This document shows, one piece after another, positions 1 to 7,353 of a stretch of 11,654 nucleotides of DNA. The stretch lies in UHGV virus genome UHGV-1617644, one strand, 5' to 3'. Position 1 is the first letter of the stretch. Each line of letters opens with the position of its first letter. A program made the translations under genes and the position numbers. This stretch comes from a virus. The notes beneath the pieces are model-generated. The model was not told the origin of the DNA. It was given only the letters and a program-made list of their open reading frames with translations, and searched no databases.

Positions 1-17
1 TCTGACTGAGAGTTTAC

Positions 18-560
18 TCACTTAGCCGCGTGTCCACTATTGCTGGGTAAGATCAAACCAGATGGAACTGTATCTGATGGCCACGGGATCGGGGCACCTA
101 CAGGAAAGGTCGAATTATTTTCCAAACCAAGATATTTAAGGACATCAGCAACAGAGCTTTTTGCCAAAATATCTCGCCCAACCTGTGTCAGGTCAGCCAA
201 ATTAGCGGTATCTTGATTGGTAAAATACGGTAATTTGTTTTCGGATGCTGAAAGATTAGCAAGTGCGGTAAGTATGGCATTAATTCTCTGATAGTTCTTA
301 TCTAATGCAGACGACATTTTTGCGATAAAGCCGGCCTGATCGCCATCGTCCTGTACATCCAGTCCACTTTCATTTGCTGTATATTGTGCTATTGCAGATG
401 CAATAAAGCTGGCCTGCCGAATAGCCTTGTTGACTTGCGCGCTGGATGCTTTCCCTGCTGTAAATCCTGATAAAAGCGCAGGCAACGCTTCCCATTCCTC
501 CTGCGACATAACATTGGCATTTTTACCCGTTGCGAATGCTTTAAAGTCATTTTTTGCCAT
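18..560 (-). CDS. Tail fibre protein, conserved N-terminal (constant) region only (180 aa from ATG at 560; track ORF starts at 578)
   Basis: Contains ...KLPYFTNQDTANLADLTQVGRDILAKSSVADVLKYLGL..., which matches my recollection of the conserved PYFT...VGRDILAK...YLGL segment of P2 gpH / Mu S-type fibres. The ATG at 560 has GGGGAG 10 nt upstream and overlaps the upstream stop. The ORF stops only 24 codons after the motif, at nt 18-20. Confidence 0.65.
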   Translation of the reverse strand: MAKNDFKAFATGKNANVMSQEEWEALPALLSGFTAGKASSAQVNKAIRQASFIASAIAQYTANESGLDVQDDGDQAGFIAKMSSALDKNYQRINAILTALANLSASENKLPYFTNQDTANLADLTQVGRDILAKSSVADVLKYLGLENNSTFPVGAPIPWPSDTVPSGLILPSNSGHAAK

Positions 561-1240
561 CAGAGTAATACTCCCCATGCCCCTACATCAAAACCACTGA
601 TAAATTCGTTATCCATATCAAAACCAAAAAATTTTGAACCTTCCGATGGGGTTTCCACCGAAGGTGTTTCAATGCCACCCGCCCACACCCCGGCGGCTTT
701 TACTGTGAGATATCCCTGTTTAATTGCAGCAATTAACTCACGCGATACATCTGAAATATCAGTATCAGGAAAGACCCAGACCGATATCGTCATGTCCTGG
801 TTATCGACAATCTGCATTCGCAGCCCGGATCCTGCTGTTGCAGCGTCAAGAATTGCCGGAAGCGAATCATTCCGTCCGTCCCAGTTATTAATCGCAATCT
901 TCGCTTTAAGAATGACACGATAAGTTTCATCGCTGAGATACATGTATCCTGAATCAGGATCGTATGGTCCCCGCCATACCCCCTGATCATATCCAAGCCC
1001 GTCGGTATCCCAGCTGAAATAGACACCTGAGATAGGCTGGCTGACAACACGGCTACGTCCGATCCACAATCCAAGAATGTCAAGTTGCACACCAACCGCA
1101 GAGTCAATATCAAATGCAGTAATCAGCCCTCTGGTGGCAGCCGCAACATCAATAAGTGGCCGGGTCATCAGATCAACATGCGCAAGAAATTTAGGTTTGG
1201 TGGCGTGGTAGTTCGTGATTAGTTCGGTGTATTTGCTCAT
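560..1240 (-). CDS. Tail/baseplate protein, P2 gpI / Mu gp48-position equivalent (226 aa)
   Basis: Sits between baseplate J and the tail fibre; its TGA overlaps the fibre ATG (TGATG). Synteny-based. Confidence 0.6.
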   Translation of the reverse strand: MSKYTELITNYHATKPKFLAHVDLMTRPLIDVAAATRGLITAFDIDSAVGVQLDILGLWIGRSRVVSQPISGVYFSWDTDGLGYDQGVWRGPYDPDSGYMYLSDETYRVILKAKIAINNWDGRNDSLPAILDAATAGSGLRMQIVDNQDMTISVWVFPDTDISDVSRELIAAIKQGYLTVKAAGVWAGGIETPSVETPSEGSKFFGFDMDNEFISGFDVGAWGVLL

Positions 1241-2436
1241 GACTCCACCGTTATAACGATATTTTCCGGGGTACAGGACGCAGATTCGTTGTATCTGATA
1301 TCAATGTTTGATGACGACAAAGCCCCCGGGGATTTCCCAATCGTCAGTTCCTGAATATCGTAATAGCGTGCATTCCCGCCACTCACCACGCCAAGATTCG
1401 CCGGTGAGTAAATGCGACTTAAAAGGACCGAATCACCAATCATCAGACTATTGATATAGCCGGAAATAGCCTGCTGGATCTGCTGCCCTATCTGTGAGGT
1501 ATAACCCGTAAAAACTTTTAATTTAATCCGGGCATAAACAGGCACATCACTAGAGCGCGAGAATTTGATTACATGGGGATTGCCGTATTTATCCGGAACC
1601 GTAACGGATGTTGTACCGTGAGTGGCTGTCCCCTGGCCTTTATTCCCTCTGATAGCCTGAGCAATATCCGTCACATCACCGCCATCCACAATTACAGCAA
1701 CAGAGTGTGGCGGTAACCCGTTACCGTCCTCCGAACCAGTATCGTTTTCATAGAGTTTGTGGCGAGTTACACCGGTAACATTAGAAACAGCACCATCCAG
1801 TGCTTCAAATGGGGTTATTGATGGCAACGCAACACTTTGCGACTGACGGATACGTAACTCCGCGTCAGTTTCTGCCGGAGTGCCCACAGTAGCCGCAGCA
1901 GGATTGGTTACCGAAACCCAGCCACGGGTTGGCGTATTTATTTCAGTGATAGTTCCAGCCAGCGCCGCCACTGCACCACTGACGGAACATGTTGCGGTCG
2001 CCATCACTGTACCATCCACGCCGACCACTACTGAAGCAGGCAAACGCCATATCACATTATTACTGTCTTTCACGCTGCCATTAATGATGGTTGTTCCGGC
2101 AGTTCCTGTAAGAAGCAAATCAACCGTAGAATTCGTCGCGCCTTTACGTGAAATACCATTTATTTTCACGTTACTGGTCAGTGCGGCCCCATAGCCGGTT
2201 GCTGGTGAAAAACAGTTGTAGACAGTTATCGCCATATTATTGGCATCATGAATCGCCAGCGCCATCAGAGCCACCATCTGGCCGTCTTTACTGTCCGGTT
2301 CGAGGTAGGCATCACTACCATAAATCTGCTGAAAATAGCTAATCAGGGTGCTGAGTATCGTCTGATAATCAGGCGCACTGATCCCCTCCGCGGTTACCTT
2401 TGCAGATAAACCGAGAGAATCAAGGTTCAGAGCCAT
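1237..2436 (-). CDS. Baseplate J-like protein (399 aa)
   Basis: Largest baseplate ORF, in the gpJ position between the wedge and gpI-like genes; 4-nt overlap with the next gene. Synteny-based. Confidence 0.65.
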   Translation of the reverse strand: MALNLDSLGLSAKVTAEGISAPDYQTILSTLISYFQQIYGSDAYLEPDSKDGQMVALMALAIHDANNMAITVYNCFSPATGYGAALTSNVKINGISRKGATNSTVDLLLTGTAGTTIINGSVKDSNNVIWRLPASVVVGVDGTVMATATCSVSGAVAALAGTITEINTPTRGWVSVTNPAAATVGTPAETDAELRIRQSQSVALPSITPFEALDGAVSNVTGVTRHKLYENDTGSEDGNGLPPHSVAVIVDGGDVTDIAQAIRGNKGQGTATHGTTSVTVPDKYGNPHVIKFSRSSDVPVYARIKLKVFTGYTSQIGQQIQQAISGYINSLMIGDSVLLSRIYSPANLGVVSGGNARYYDIQELTIGKSPGALSSSNIDIRYNESASCTPENIVITVES

Positions 2437-2789
2437 TACGCCTCCGATGTAACAGTCGTTATTCCATAAAGAGTGTCGATTTCAGCGGAAAACATGACAC
2501 GTCGGGTCGTGGTATCCAGCGTCGTATTGAAAGAGAGGATTGATTTAACGCCCTGCGTTTCGAGGATGCGCTTACGGATCGCCAGGTTGTAGGTTTCCGG
2601 CTTCTGCTTACCGAGTACGGACTGGATCCACGGAGTCCCCTCGGTGGTGTCGAGAAACCATTGCCCATACCACAATTCGAATCGCGTTTTTACCGCCTGC
2701 GCCACGGCCTCCGGTGAGTTAATCAGCCAGGTGTCATCACCGCAGCCAAAGGTGTAATCGCCATCGGCGTCTTCACGTCTGTATCGCAT
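2436..2789 (-). CDS. Baseplate wedge/assembly protein (117 aa; gpW / gp25-position equivalent)
   Basis: Translationally coupled between the spike and baseplate-J genes; size typical of gpW-like proteins. Synteny only; sequence not recognised. Confidence 0.5.
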   Translation of the reverse strand: MRYRREDADGDYTFGCGDDTWLINSPEAVAQAVKTRFELWYGQWFLDTTEGTPWIQSVLGKQKPETYNLAIRKRILETQGVKSILSFNTTLDTTTRRVMFSAEIDTLYGITTVTSEA

Positions 2790-3541
2790 CAGTTTACCCC
2801 GTCGGTACTGCTTTCACCGCGCTGAACACCACCATGAGTGTGCGTATCATCGATTGGCTTGCCGTTAGCCTTCACGCTCCCCAAAAACTCAACAGCACCA
2901 GTGATTTTTGAAGCCACACCAGAAACCACAGACCCCACCATGCCCCCCATCCAGGTTAACAGGCCATGAATGGTTACTTTCTCAGAAAAATCAGCCAGGG
3001 GGGCAACCACATCAAGCCCCCCCGGAGCGACAATTTTAATTTTCCTGGTATCAGGATTAAGCTCAAAATAGGTGCTGCCGTCGTCACTACGCAACTGTGT
3101 GGCACTGGTATTAATACCGCTAATCTTCCTAGCCTGCGACTGGGGACCGACAATACAAAACGCATCCGATAAATCATGCATTCTGTCATCGACCGGCTCC
3201 TGTATCCCGCCACTCTGCCACCAGAAATCAATACAACGATCGGCAAAAACGACAAGACACTCATCCCCGGCTTTAACCGGAAAAGTCAACGTACAGCCTC
3301 CGCCGCGCGGAAATACCACTGGCACATCCACCAGCAACGGGTAATTTTTGGTAATGCGGTTACCGTCGTTATCCTTTTCAACCGAACGGATAGCTGGCTG
3401 CACAACCGCCGTCACCGCGTCGGGATCGAATGACTGAACAATGCCAGGCAAGGCGACACGGATCTGGTTCTTTGTTGTTTCCCGTTCAGATTTGAATGTT
3501 TCGGCAAGGTCGCCGCTGCGGGTCTGGTCAGATACTGCCAT
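2789..3541 (-). CDS. Baseplate central spike protein (250 aa; P2 gpV / Mu gp45-like position)
   Basis: GGAG 8 nt before ATG; first gene of the spike-wedge-J-I-fibre block; C-terminal Gly-rich region with a THTH motif that I recall resembling the His-containing apex of gpV-type spikes. Confidence 0.6.
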   Translation of the reverse strand: MAVSDQTRSGDLAETFKSERETTKNQIRVALPGIVQSFDPDAVTAVVQPAIRSVEKDNDGNRITKNYPLLVDVPVVFPRGGGCTLTFPVKAGDECLVVFADRCIDFWWQSGGIQEPVDDRMHDLSDAFCIVGPQSQARKISGINTSATQLRSDDGSTYFELNPDTRKIKIVAPGGLDVVAPLADFSEKVTIHGLLTWMGGMVGSVVSGVASKITGAVEFLGSVKANGKPIDDTHTHGGVQRGESSTDGVN

Positions 3542-3560
3542 TTAGTAGGCTCCAGAAAGC

Positions 3561-3590
3561 AAAAAACCCGCCAGATGGCGGGTTTTTATT
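3561..3590. terminator. Rho-independent hairpin terminator, bidirectional by sequence (AAAAAA-CCCGCC-AGAT-GGCGGG-TTTTTATT)
   Basis: Perfect 6-bp GC-rich stem (3567-3572 / 3577-3582), 4-nt loop, A-tract upstream and T-tract downstream. On the minus strand it reads CCCGCC-ATCT-GGCGGG-TTTTTTGCTTT, about 20 nt after the 131-aa stop. Confidence 0.65.
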
Positions 3591-3606
3591 AATAAATCAG
3601 TTAGAC

Positions 3607-4002
3607 CTAAACGGCTACATCAGTCTTCATTTGTTCCCATTGAGAAAAAATTGTTTTTACTTCCAAGATTGATTGTTGTGCCATTGCTTTATTTATGCCA
3701 CAACTACTTAAATCATAATCAGCCTCATTCCGAGCTAACCTCTGTTGCTCAAGTTTGTAAGCCATAGATTTTAGACTTCGAGGATCATAGGGTTCCAGTT
3801 TATTTTCTCCCTTATTTTTAAGATAAGAGATAAGGCTGGCATGATGATCCCGAGTATAAGCAGGAAGACTAGTTAGATTATCTTTAATTTCATGGTAGAG
3901 AGCGTAATATGCTCGTGAAATAGCATTACGATAACCAATCTCACAATCTTCAGCAAAACAACGTTCGGCCGAAGACAAAAACTCAGAACTAGTTATAGGC
4001 AT
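3607..4002 (-). CDS. Small alpha-helical protein with HEPN-like signatures (131 aa), second gene of the cassette
   Basis: ATG at 4002 lies inside the last codons of the 256-aa ORF; weak SD AAGAG. Contains RAYYALYHE (residues 30-38, an R-x6-H spacing) and LARNEADYD (residues 89-97, R-N-x3-Y where HEPN families usually have R-x4-6-H). Assignment is from recalled motif patterns, not an HMM hit. Confidence 0.7.
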   Translation of the reverse strand: MPITSSEFLSSAERCFAEDCEIGYRNAISRAYYALYHEIKDNLTSLPAYTRDHHASLISYLKNKGENKLEPYDPRSLKSMAYKLEQQRLARNEADYDLSSCGINKAMAQQSILEVKTIFSQWEQMKTDVAV

Positions 4003-4759
4003 ATTTACACTCTTTTAATCCATTTCTTTCAACGGAAAATCTTGCTATCAGGTTACAATCATCAAGCAAATCGATCGAGCAGATTTCATCAGCAAGTCGC
4101 ATATTCATTGCAACAACCCGCTCTGGAGACGCCTTAACCACCTCAACCAAATACGTTCCACCAGACGCCCCGTTAATGTCCGCGCGATATTCAGTTGACG
4201 GGAATTCAGCCATAACTCTGTGCACAGCCAAGGCAACTTGCCTATATTGCTCTGAAGAGCACCCTGAATTTTTATAAGCTTCATCCATATCGTTAATTAC
4301 CTCCTGCAAGAAGGTTTCTGCGTCATCCCTATGCTCTTCTTCGGATAACATTTTGCAATGACGCCCTAAATACTCCACGCATTTCGATAGTTTCCCTACC
4401 AAGTACGCAACGCCGCCAGCTTTGTAAGTAAACCACTTTGTAGGAAACTTATCAGCTAAAGAATATATGTAGTAATCCAGTTTTTCGAGTAGAGAAAATC
4501 GCTCGAGAAGTTTACAAAAGATCCGTGCGAAATTAACGTCAGCATGTGGAAGGATGACCTCAAGCGACTCAATCCCAAAGAGCACCTCACCCTTAGCTAT
4601 ATAAGCCAACGCTACAAGTGCTTCAGCCATAGGAGTATGATTAGAACCATACTCCGAAACCACTTCTCGGAAAGTCCACATATCAAGTGGCTCCCCACTG
4701 TTGATTACATTAATCAACTGGTCAAAACGCTCTTCGGCTTTTAGTTTTGGTCTCGCCAC
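3989..4759 (-). CDS. Hypothetical protein (256 aa from GTG at 4759; alternatively 230 aa from ATG at 4681), first gene of a two-gene cassette
   Basis: Low-GC ORF with no motif I recognise; no nucleotidyltransferase GSxxRG...DxD motif and no CxxC zinc-finger spacing. GTG at 4759 has a weak SD; the in-frame ATG at 4681 has GGGGAG 9 nt upstream. Its 3' end overlaps the next gene by 14 nt. Confidence 0.7.
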   Translation of the reverse strand: MARPKLKAEERFDQLINVINSGEPLDMWTFREVVSEYGSNHTPMAEALVALAYIAKGEVLFGIESLEVILPHADVNFARIFCKLLERFSLLEKLDYYIYSLADKFPTKWFTYKAGGVAYLVGKLSKCVEYLGRHCKMLSEEEHRDDAETFLQEVINDMDEAYKNSGCSSEQYRQVALAVHRVMAEFPSTEYRADINGASGGTYLVEVVKASPERVVAMNMRLADEICSIDLLDDCNLIARFSVERNGLKECKYAYN

Positions 4760-4789
4760 AGTTCACTCACTACTTATTTTTTGTCAGAT

Positions 4790-4817
4790 TTTATGTTCGC
4801 GTATACAGTTTAGTCAA
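4790..4817 (-). promoter_or_regulatory. Candidate sigma70-type promoter for the two-gene cassette (-35 TTGACT, 16-nt spacer, -10 CATAAA)
   Basis: Read on the minus strand in the 173-bp AT-rich intergenic region upstream of the 256-aa ORF: TTGACT (4817-4812) and CATAAA (4795-4790). The -10 matches consensus at only 4/6; judged by eye. Confidence 0.3.
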
Positions 4818-4932
4818 TCCACATCTGATCTACTTAGTAGTTTCGCACAAAATCCCCCTTAGAAAATGAATCTCTAGATTTTACTACGAGCCCATTTCCC
4901 TGAAAAATCGAGGATTTTCTACTCTAGTGCCA

Positions 4933-5394
4933 TTAGAACCCTTTTGATTTTGCAACACGAATACCACCAGCCCAACCATTAAAATCAATCACATTACTAC
5001 CGGGGACAGGATTATTTGTGTTGAAAGCATATCTAGCACCAATTTTCCATGCTTGCGGACTAACACTAGGATCCTTTGACAGTTTTATCCACTCTTTCAT
5101 ACCGTTGTAAATATATTCCTGACAAGAATCCCGGGTTCCTTTGCGGTTGGTGTATGCGTCCAAATCATTACATTGCTGGAATGTGTTCCTGATGATGTCA
5201 GCGAAATCATCTAAGGTCATTGTAAAACGTCGCCCATTCATTGAGAAAAAAGGCTTCACAGATGCGTAATGTTGCCATTCCGTAAACTTTTGCTGCTCCA
5301 TCAGGTCGGCTGCTTTAAATTCAAACTTACCTGGTTCGGCAAAAGAAGTCGTAGAAATCAGCATCGTTATTGCAACTATCACCTGTTTTTTCAC
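4933..5394 (-). CDS. Secreted/periplasmic protein of unknown function (153 aa), accessory gene
   Basis: Classic Sec signal peptide MKKQVIVAITMLISTTSFA|EP; two Cys in the mature part (possible disulfide). GTG start 2 nt after the hub TAA with GGGGAG 7 nt upstream, so translationally coupled. Gene is visibly more AT-rich than the flanking tail genes. Confidence 0.7.
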   Translation of the reverse strand: MKKQVIVAITMLISTTSFAEPGKFEFKAADLMEQQKFTEWQHYASVKPFFSMNGRRFTMTLDDFADIIRNTFQQCNDLDAYTNRKGTRDSCQEYIYNGMKEWIKLSKDPSVSPQAWKIGARYAFNTNNPVPGSNVIDFNGWAGGIRVAKSKGF

Positions 5395-5396
5395 GC

Positions 5397-6461
5397 TTAC
5401 GCTCCCCGTTGCATTGCCAACTGGCTAGGTATATCGCTAGCCCCACGCGCTTCGCACATCATATCCATGTACCACGCCTGGCCCCTTGTGTCGCCAGTGT
5501 ACATAATCCCGCGAACAATATAAACGCCATCCGTTGCGATGCTGGCAGGCTGCGATGTGGTGCCGCTTAGCGTAATATTTCCGTCCGTGTTCTGGTCGGT
5601 GATCTGCCCACCAGCCATCGCAATATCGTTGTTCGACAACGCGGTACGATAGACGGAAGCCTGATCCAGCTGAATGAGCCCGTTAACCCGGATGTTCGGA
5701 TTAATAAGAGCGCGGACGTTTACGCCGTTGCCGATGGTCTGCTGCGGCATGCCAATAAGCCCGGTAGCACTGTTGAGCACAATCGCTTCGTGAACATATT
5801 CATTAGTCGCCACCATCTGGCGCTGACCGTCCACGAATTGCCATGTTGCGCCACATTGCCCGGCTACGTTATCCATTAGATGCCGCGTCATGCCAAAGAG
5901 CACCCGCCCCCGGGGGAATACAGTAGCAGGCATTTCAGGCGTCAGGCCTTCGGTCACACCTTTGGCTTCGAAGTCTTTCATCAGCGCACGGTTCACATCA
6001 GCGACCGTGTAACCGGCAGCCAGCGTCTGTGAGGTTATACTGGTGGCAAAAGCCAGATCAGTATCTGCTGCCTGAATCAGGACGTAGGAATCAACCGGAC
6101 TGTCTTTTCCTGTGACCGAGTAGCGAATTTCACCGCTGAAAATCAGTCCGTAGTTGCGCCCATCACTCTGGCCCACGTCCGCCGCGTCAACTTCCCGCAC
6201 TGTCCCGACGTCGCTTGCCGACACCTCCGGCGCGATACCGTCGTAACCCGCAATCAGACGCACTTTCGAAAACTCCTGCCCGGTAATTCGGTTCACAGTA
6301 TCTGCCGAAAGGTTATAAATTTTGATAGTCCCTACCCGGGACGCGCTGCTGATGTTGAACCAGTCGATCGTAAAGGTGACTTTAAAATCACTTAGCTCAA
6401 TTCCCTGACCGTTCCCGTCCACAAGCTGCAGCTCGAAATGTCTCATCCAGTTCTGTGACAT
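5397..6461 (-). CDS. Baseplate hub protein (354 aa; Mu gp44 / P2 gpD-like position)
   Basis: GGAG 5 nt before ATG; position immediately before the spike module and size fit a hub protein. Synteny-based call. Confidence 0.6.
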   Translation of the reverse strand: MSQNWMRHFELQLVDGNGQGIELSDFKVTFTIDWFNISSASRVGTIKIYNLSADTVNRITGQEFSKVRLIAGYDGIAPEVSASDVGTVREVDAADVGQSDGRNYGLIFSGEIRYSVTGKDSPVDSYVLIQAADTDLAFATSITSQTLAAGYTVADVNRALMKDFEAKGVTEGLTPEMPATVFPRGRVLFGMTRHLMDNVAGQCGATWQFVDGQRQMVATNEYVHEAIVLNSATGLIGMPQQTIGNGVNVRALINPNIRVNGLIQLDQASVYRTALSNNDIAMAGGQITDQNTDGNITLSGTTSQPASIATDGVYIVRGIMYTGDTRGQAWYMDMMCEARGASDIPSQLAMQRGA

Positions 6462-6463
6462 GC

Positions 6464-6766
6464 TTACTCCGTTGATACCAGTAAATGGCTGCGACCGCCC
6501 AGGTCAGTTTTTGTGGGGTAATCCTGTGTGTTGTCATCACAGACCACCACCAGCTTAAAACCAAGCCCCATACAGGCGTACTGCGCCAGCAGGTCAGCAC
6601 CAGTGACGAGAGGAATACCGGAGATTACCGGCTCCCCTCTGTCGTTCTGCAGGTCCATAATCCAGTACAGATCGCGCCATATGATGCTAATCCGCCAGGT
6701 GACACCACCCAGGACGATGCTGAACTGCTGGTTGTCCGCTGTCAGCGGAATTTCCTGAATTGTCAT
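6464..6766 (-). CDS. Small baseplate-associated protein (100 aa), function unassigned
   Basis: ATG overlaps the upstream stop (TAATG), G-rich SD upstream; translationally coupled between the post-TMP gene and the hub gene. Confidence 0.55.
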   Translation of the reverse strand: MTIQEIPLTADNQQFSIVLGGVTWRISIIWRDLYWIMDLQNDRGEPVISGIPLVTGADLLAQYACMGLGFKLVVVCDDNTQDYPTKTDLGGRSHLLVSTE

Positions 6767-7353
6767 TAGCCGCCCCCCAGTAATGACGCCACGTTACCCG
6801 TGATGCTTTTCAGCAGTGAAGTATCTGGAGGTTTTGTGGTTTTGTTGCCGCTGTTCTGTACCGCCGACGTGCTGGCCCCTTCCTTCATGTTGGTTTTATC
6901 CGCGACGGTAATCTGCTGTGTCCGGGAGATAATGACCTCCCTCAGGGTGAGGACGGCGGACAGGACGTTTTCGGTTGTCTTGTCCGTCGTCACTTCCAGC
7001 GCCCGGATCAACATGTTGCTGTACAGCCGTTTACCGGTTACCACATCGAAGGGGATACGGCTTTCCTGCAGATCCAGTAGCTCCTGATACGTCTGCTGAG
7101 GACTCAGGCCGAGCTGGCTGGTAGCCGTCAGATTACTGGCAAAATCCAGCAATGCGCCGCCACCGGCGAAACCAACCTCCATCACCACTTCTGACGGTTT
7201 TTTATAGGCATGATCAGCGACAGCGGCCCCGACCTCTACCGGATGCTCTGTTATTTCAAGCATATCTGTATGCTTCTCTGAAATAACAACACTGGGAACA
7301 ATCATTCCTATTTTTCTGCTCTGCTGATGAAAAAGTGTAGAGAGAATATCCAC
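6766..7353 (-). CDS. Post-tape-measure tail/baseplate assembly protein (195 aa), function unassigned
   Basis: GTG start overlapping the TMP stop (TAGTG) with GAGG upstream. Sits where Mu/P2-type clusters carry a tail-completion or DNA-circulation-like protein; no motif recognised. Confidence 0.55.
   Translation of the reverse strand: MDILSTLFHQQSRKIGMIVPSVVISEKHTDMLEITEHPVEVGAAVADHAYKKPSEVVMEVGFAGGGALLDFASNLTATSQLGLSPQQTYQELLDLQESRIPFDVVTGKRLYSNMLIRALEVTTDKTTENVLSAVLTLREVIISRTQQITVADKTNMKEGASTSAVQNSGNKTTKPPDTSLLKSITGNVASLLGGG

Noticed and set aside
96-127. Possible DNA-invertase crossover site near the fibre 3' end: TTCCTGTA on the minus strand (108-101) and TTATTTTCCAAACC on the plus strand (114-127)
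   Set aside because: Only an 8-nt match to one arm of the Gin/Hin-type site as I remember it, plus a half-site-like element in the wrong relative order. No intact 26-bp dyad is present; treated as chance similarity unless an invertase is found beyond the window.
672-3433. Plus-strand ORFs 672-923, 1880-2194, 2148-2342, 2966-3172, 3072-3344 and 3176-3433, and alternate-frame minus-strand ORFs 790-1113, 2459-2668 and 2974-3264
   Set aside because: All are embedded in or antisense to the baseplate gene series, which is better supported by length, coupling and SD motifs.
3989-4759. Whether the 256-aa protein is a minimal nucleotidyltransferase partner of the HEPN-like protein
   Set aside because: No GSxxRG or DxD nucleotidyltransferase signature is visible and the protein is about twice the usual size of such partners.
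5269-5570. Plus-strand ORFs 5269-5523 and 5370-5570 spanning the hub / secreted-protein junction
   Set aside because: Antisense to two translationally coupled minus-strand genes; no SD or promoter context.
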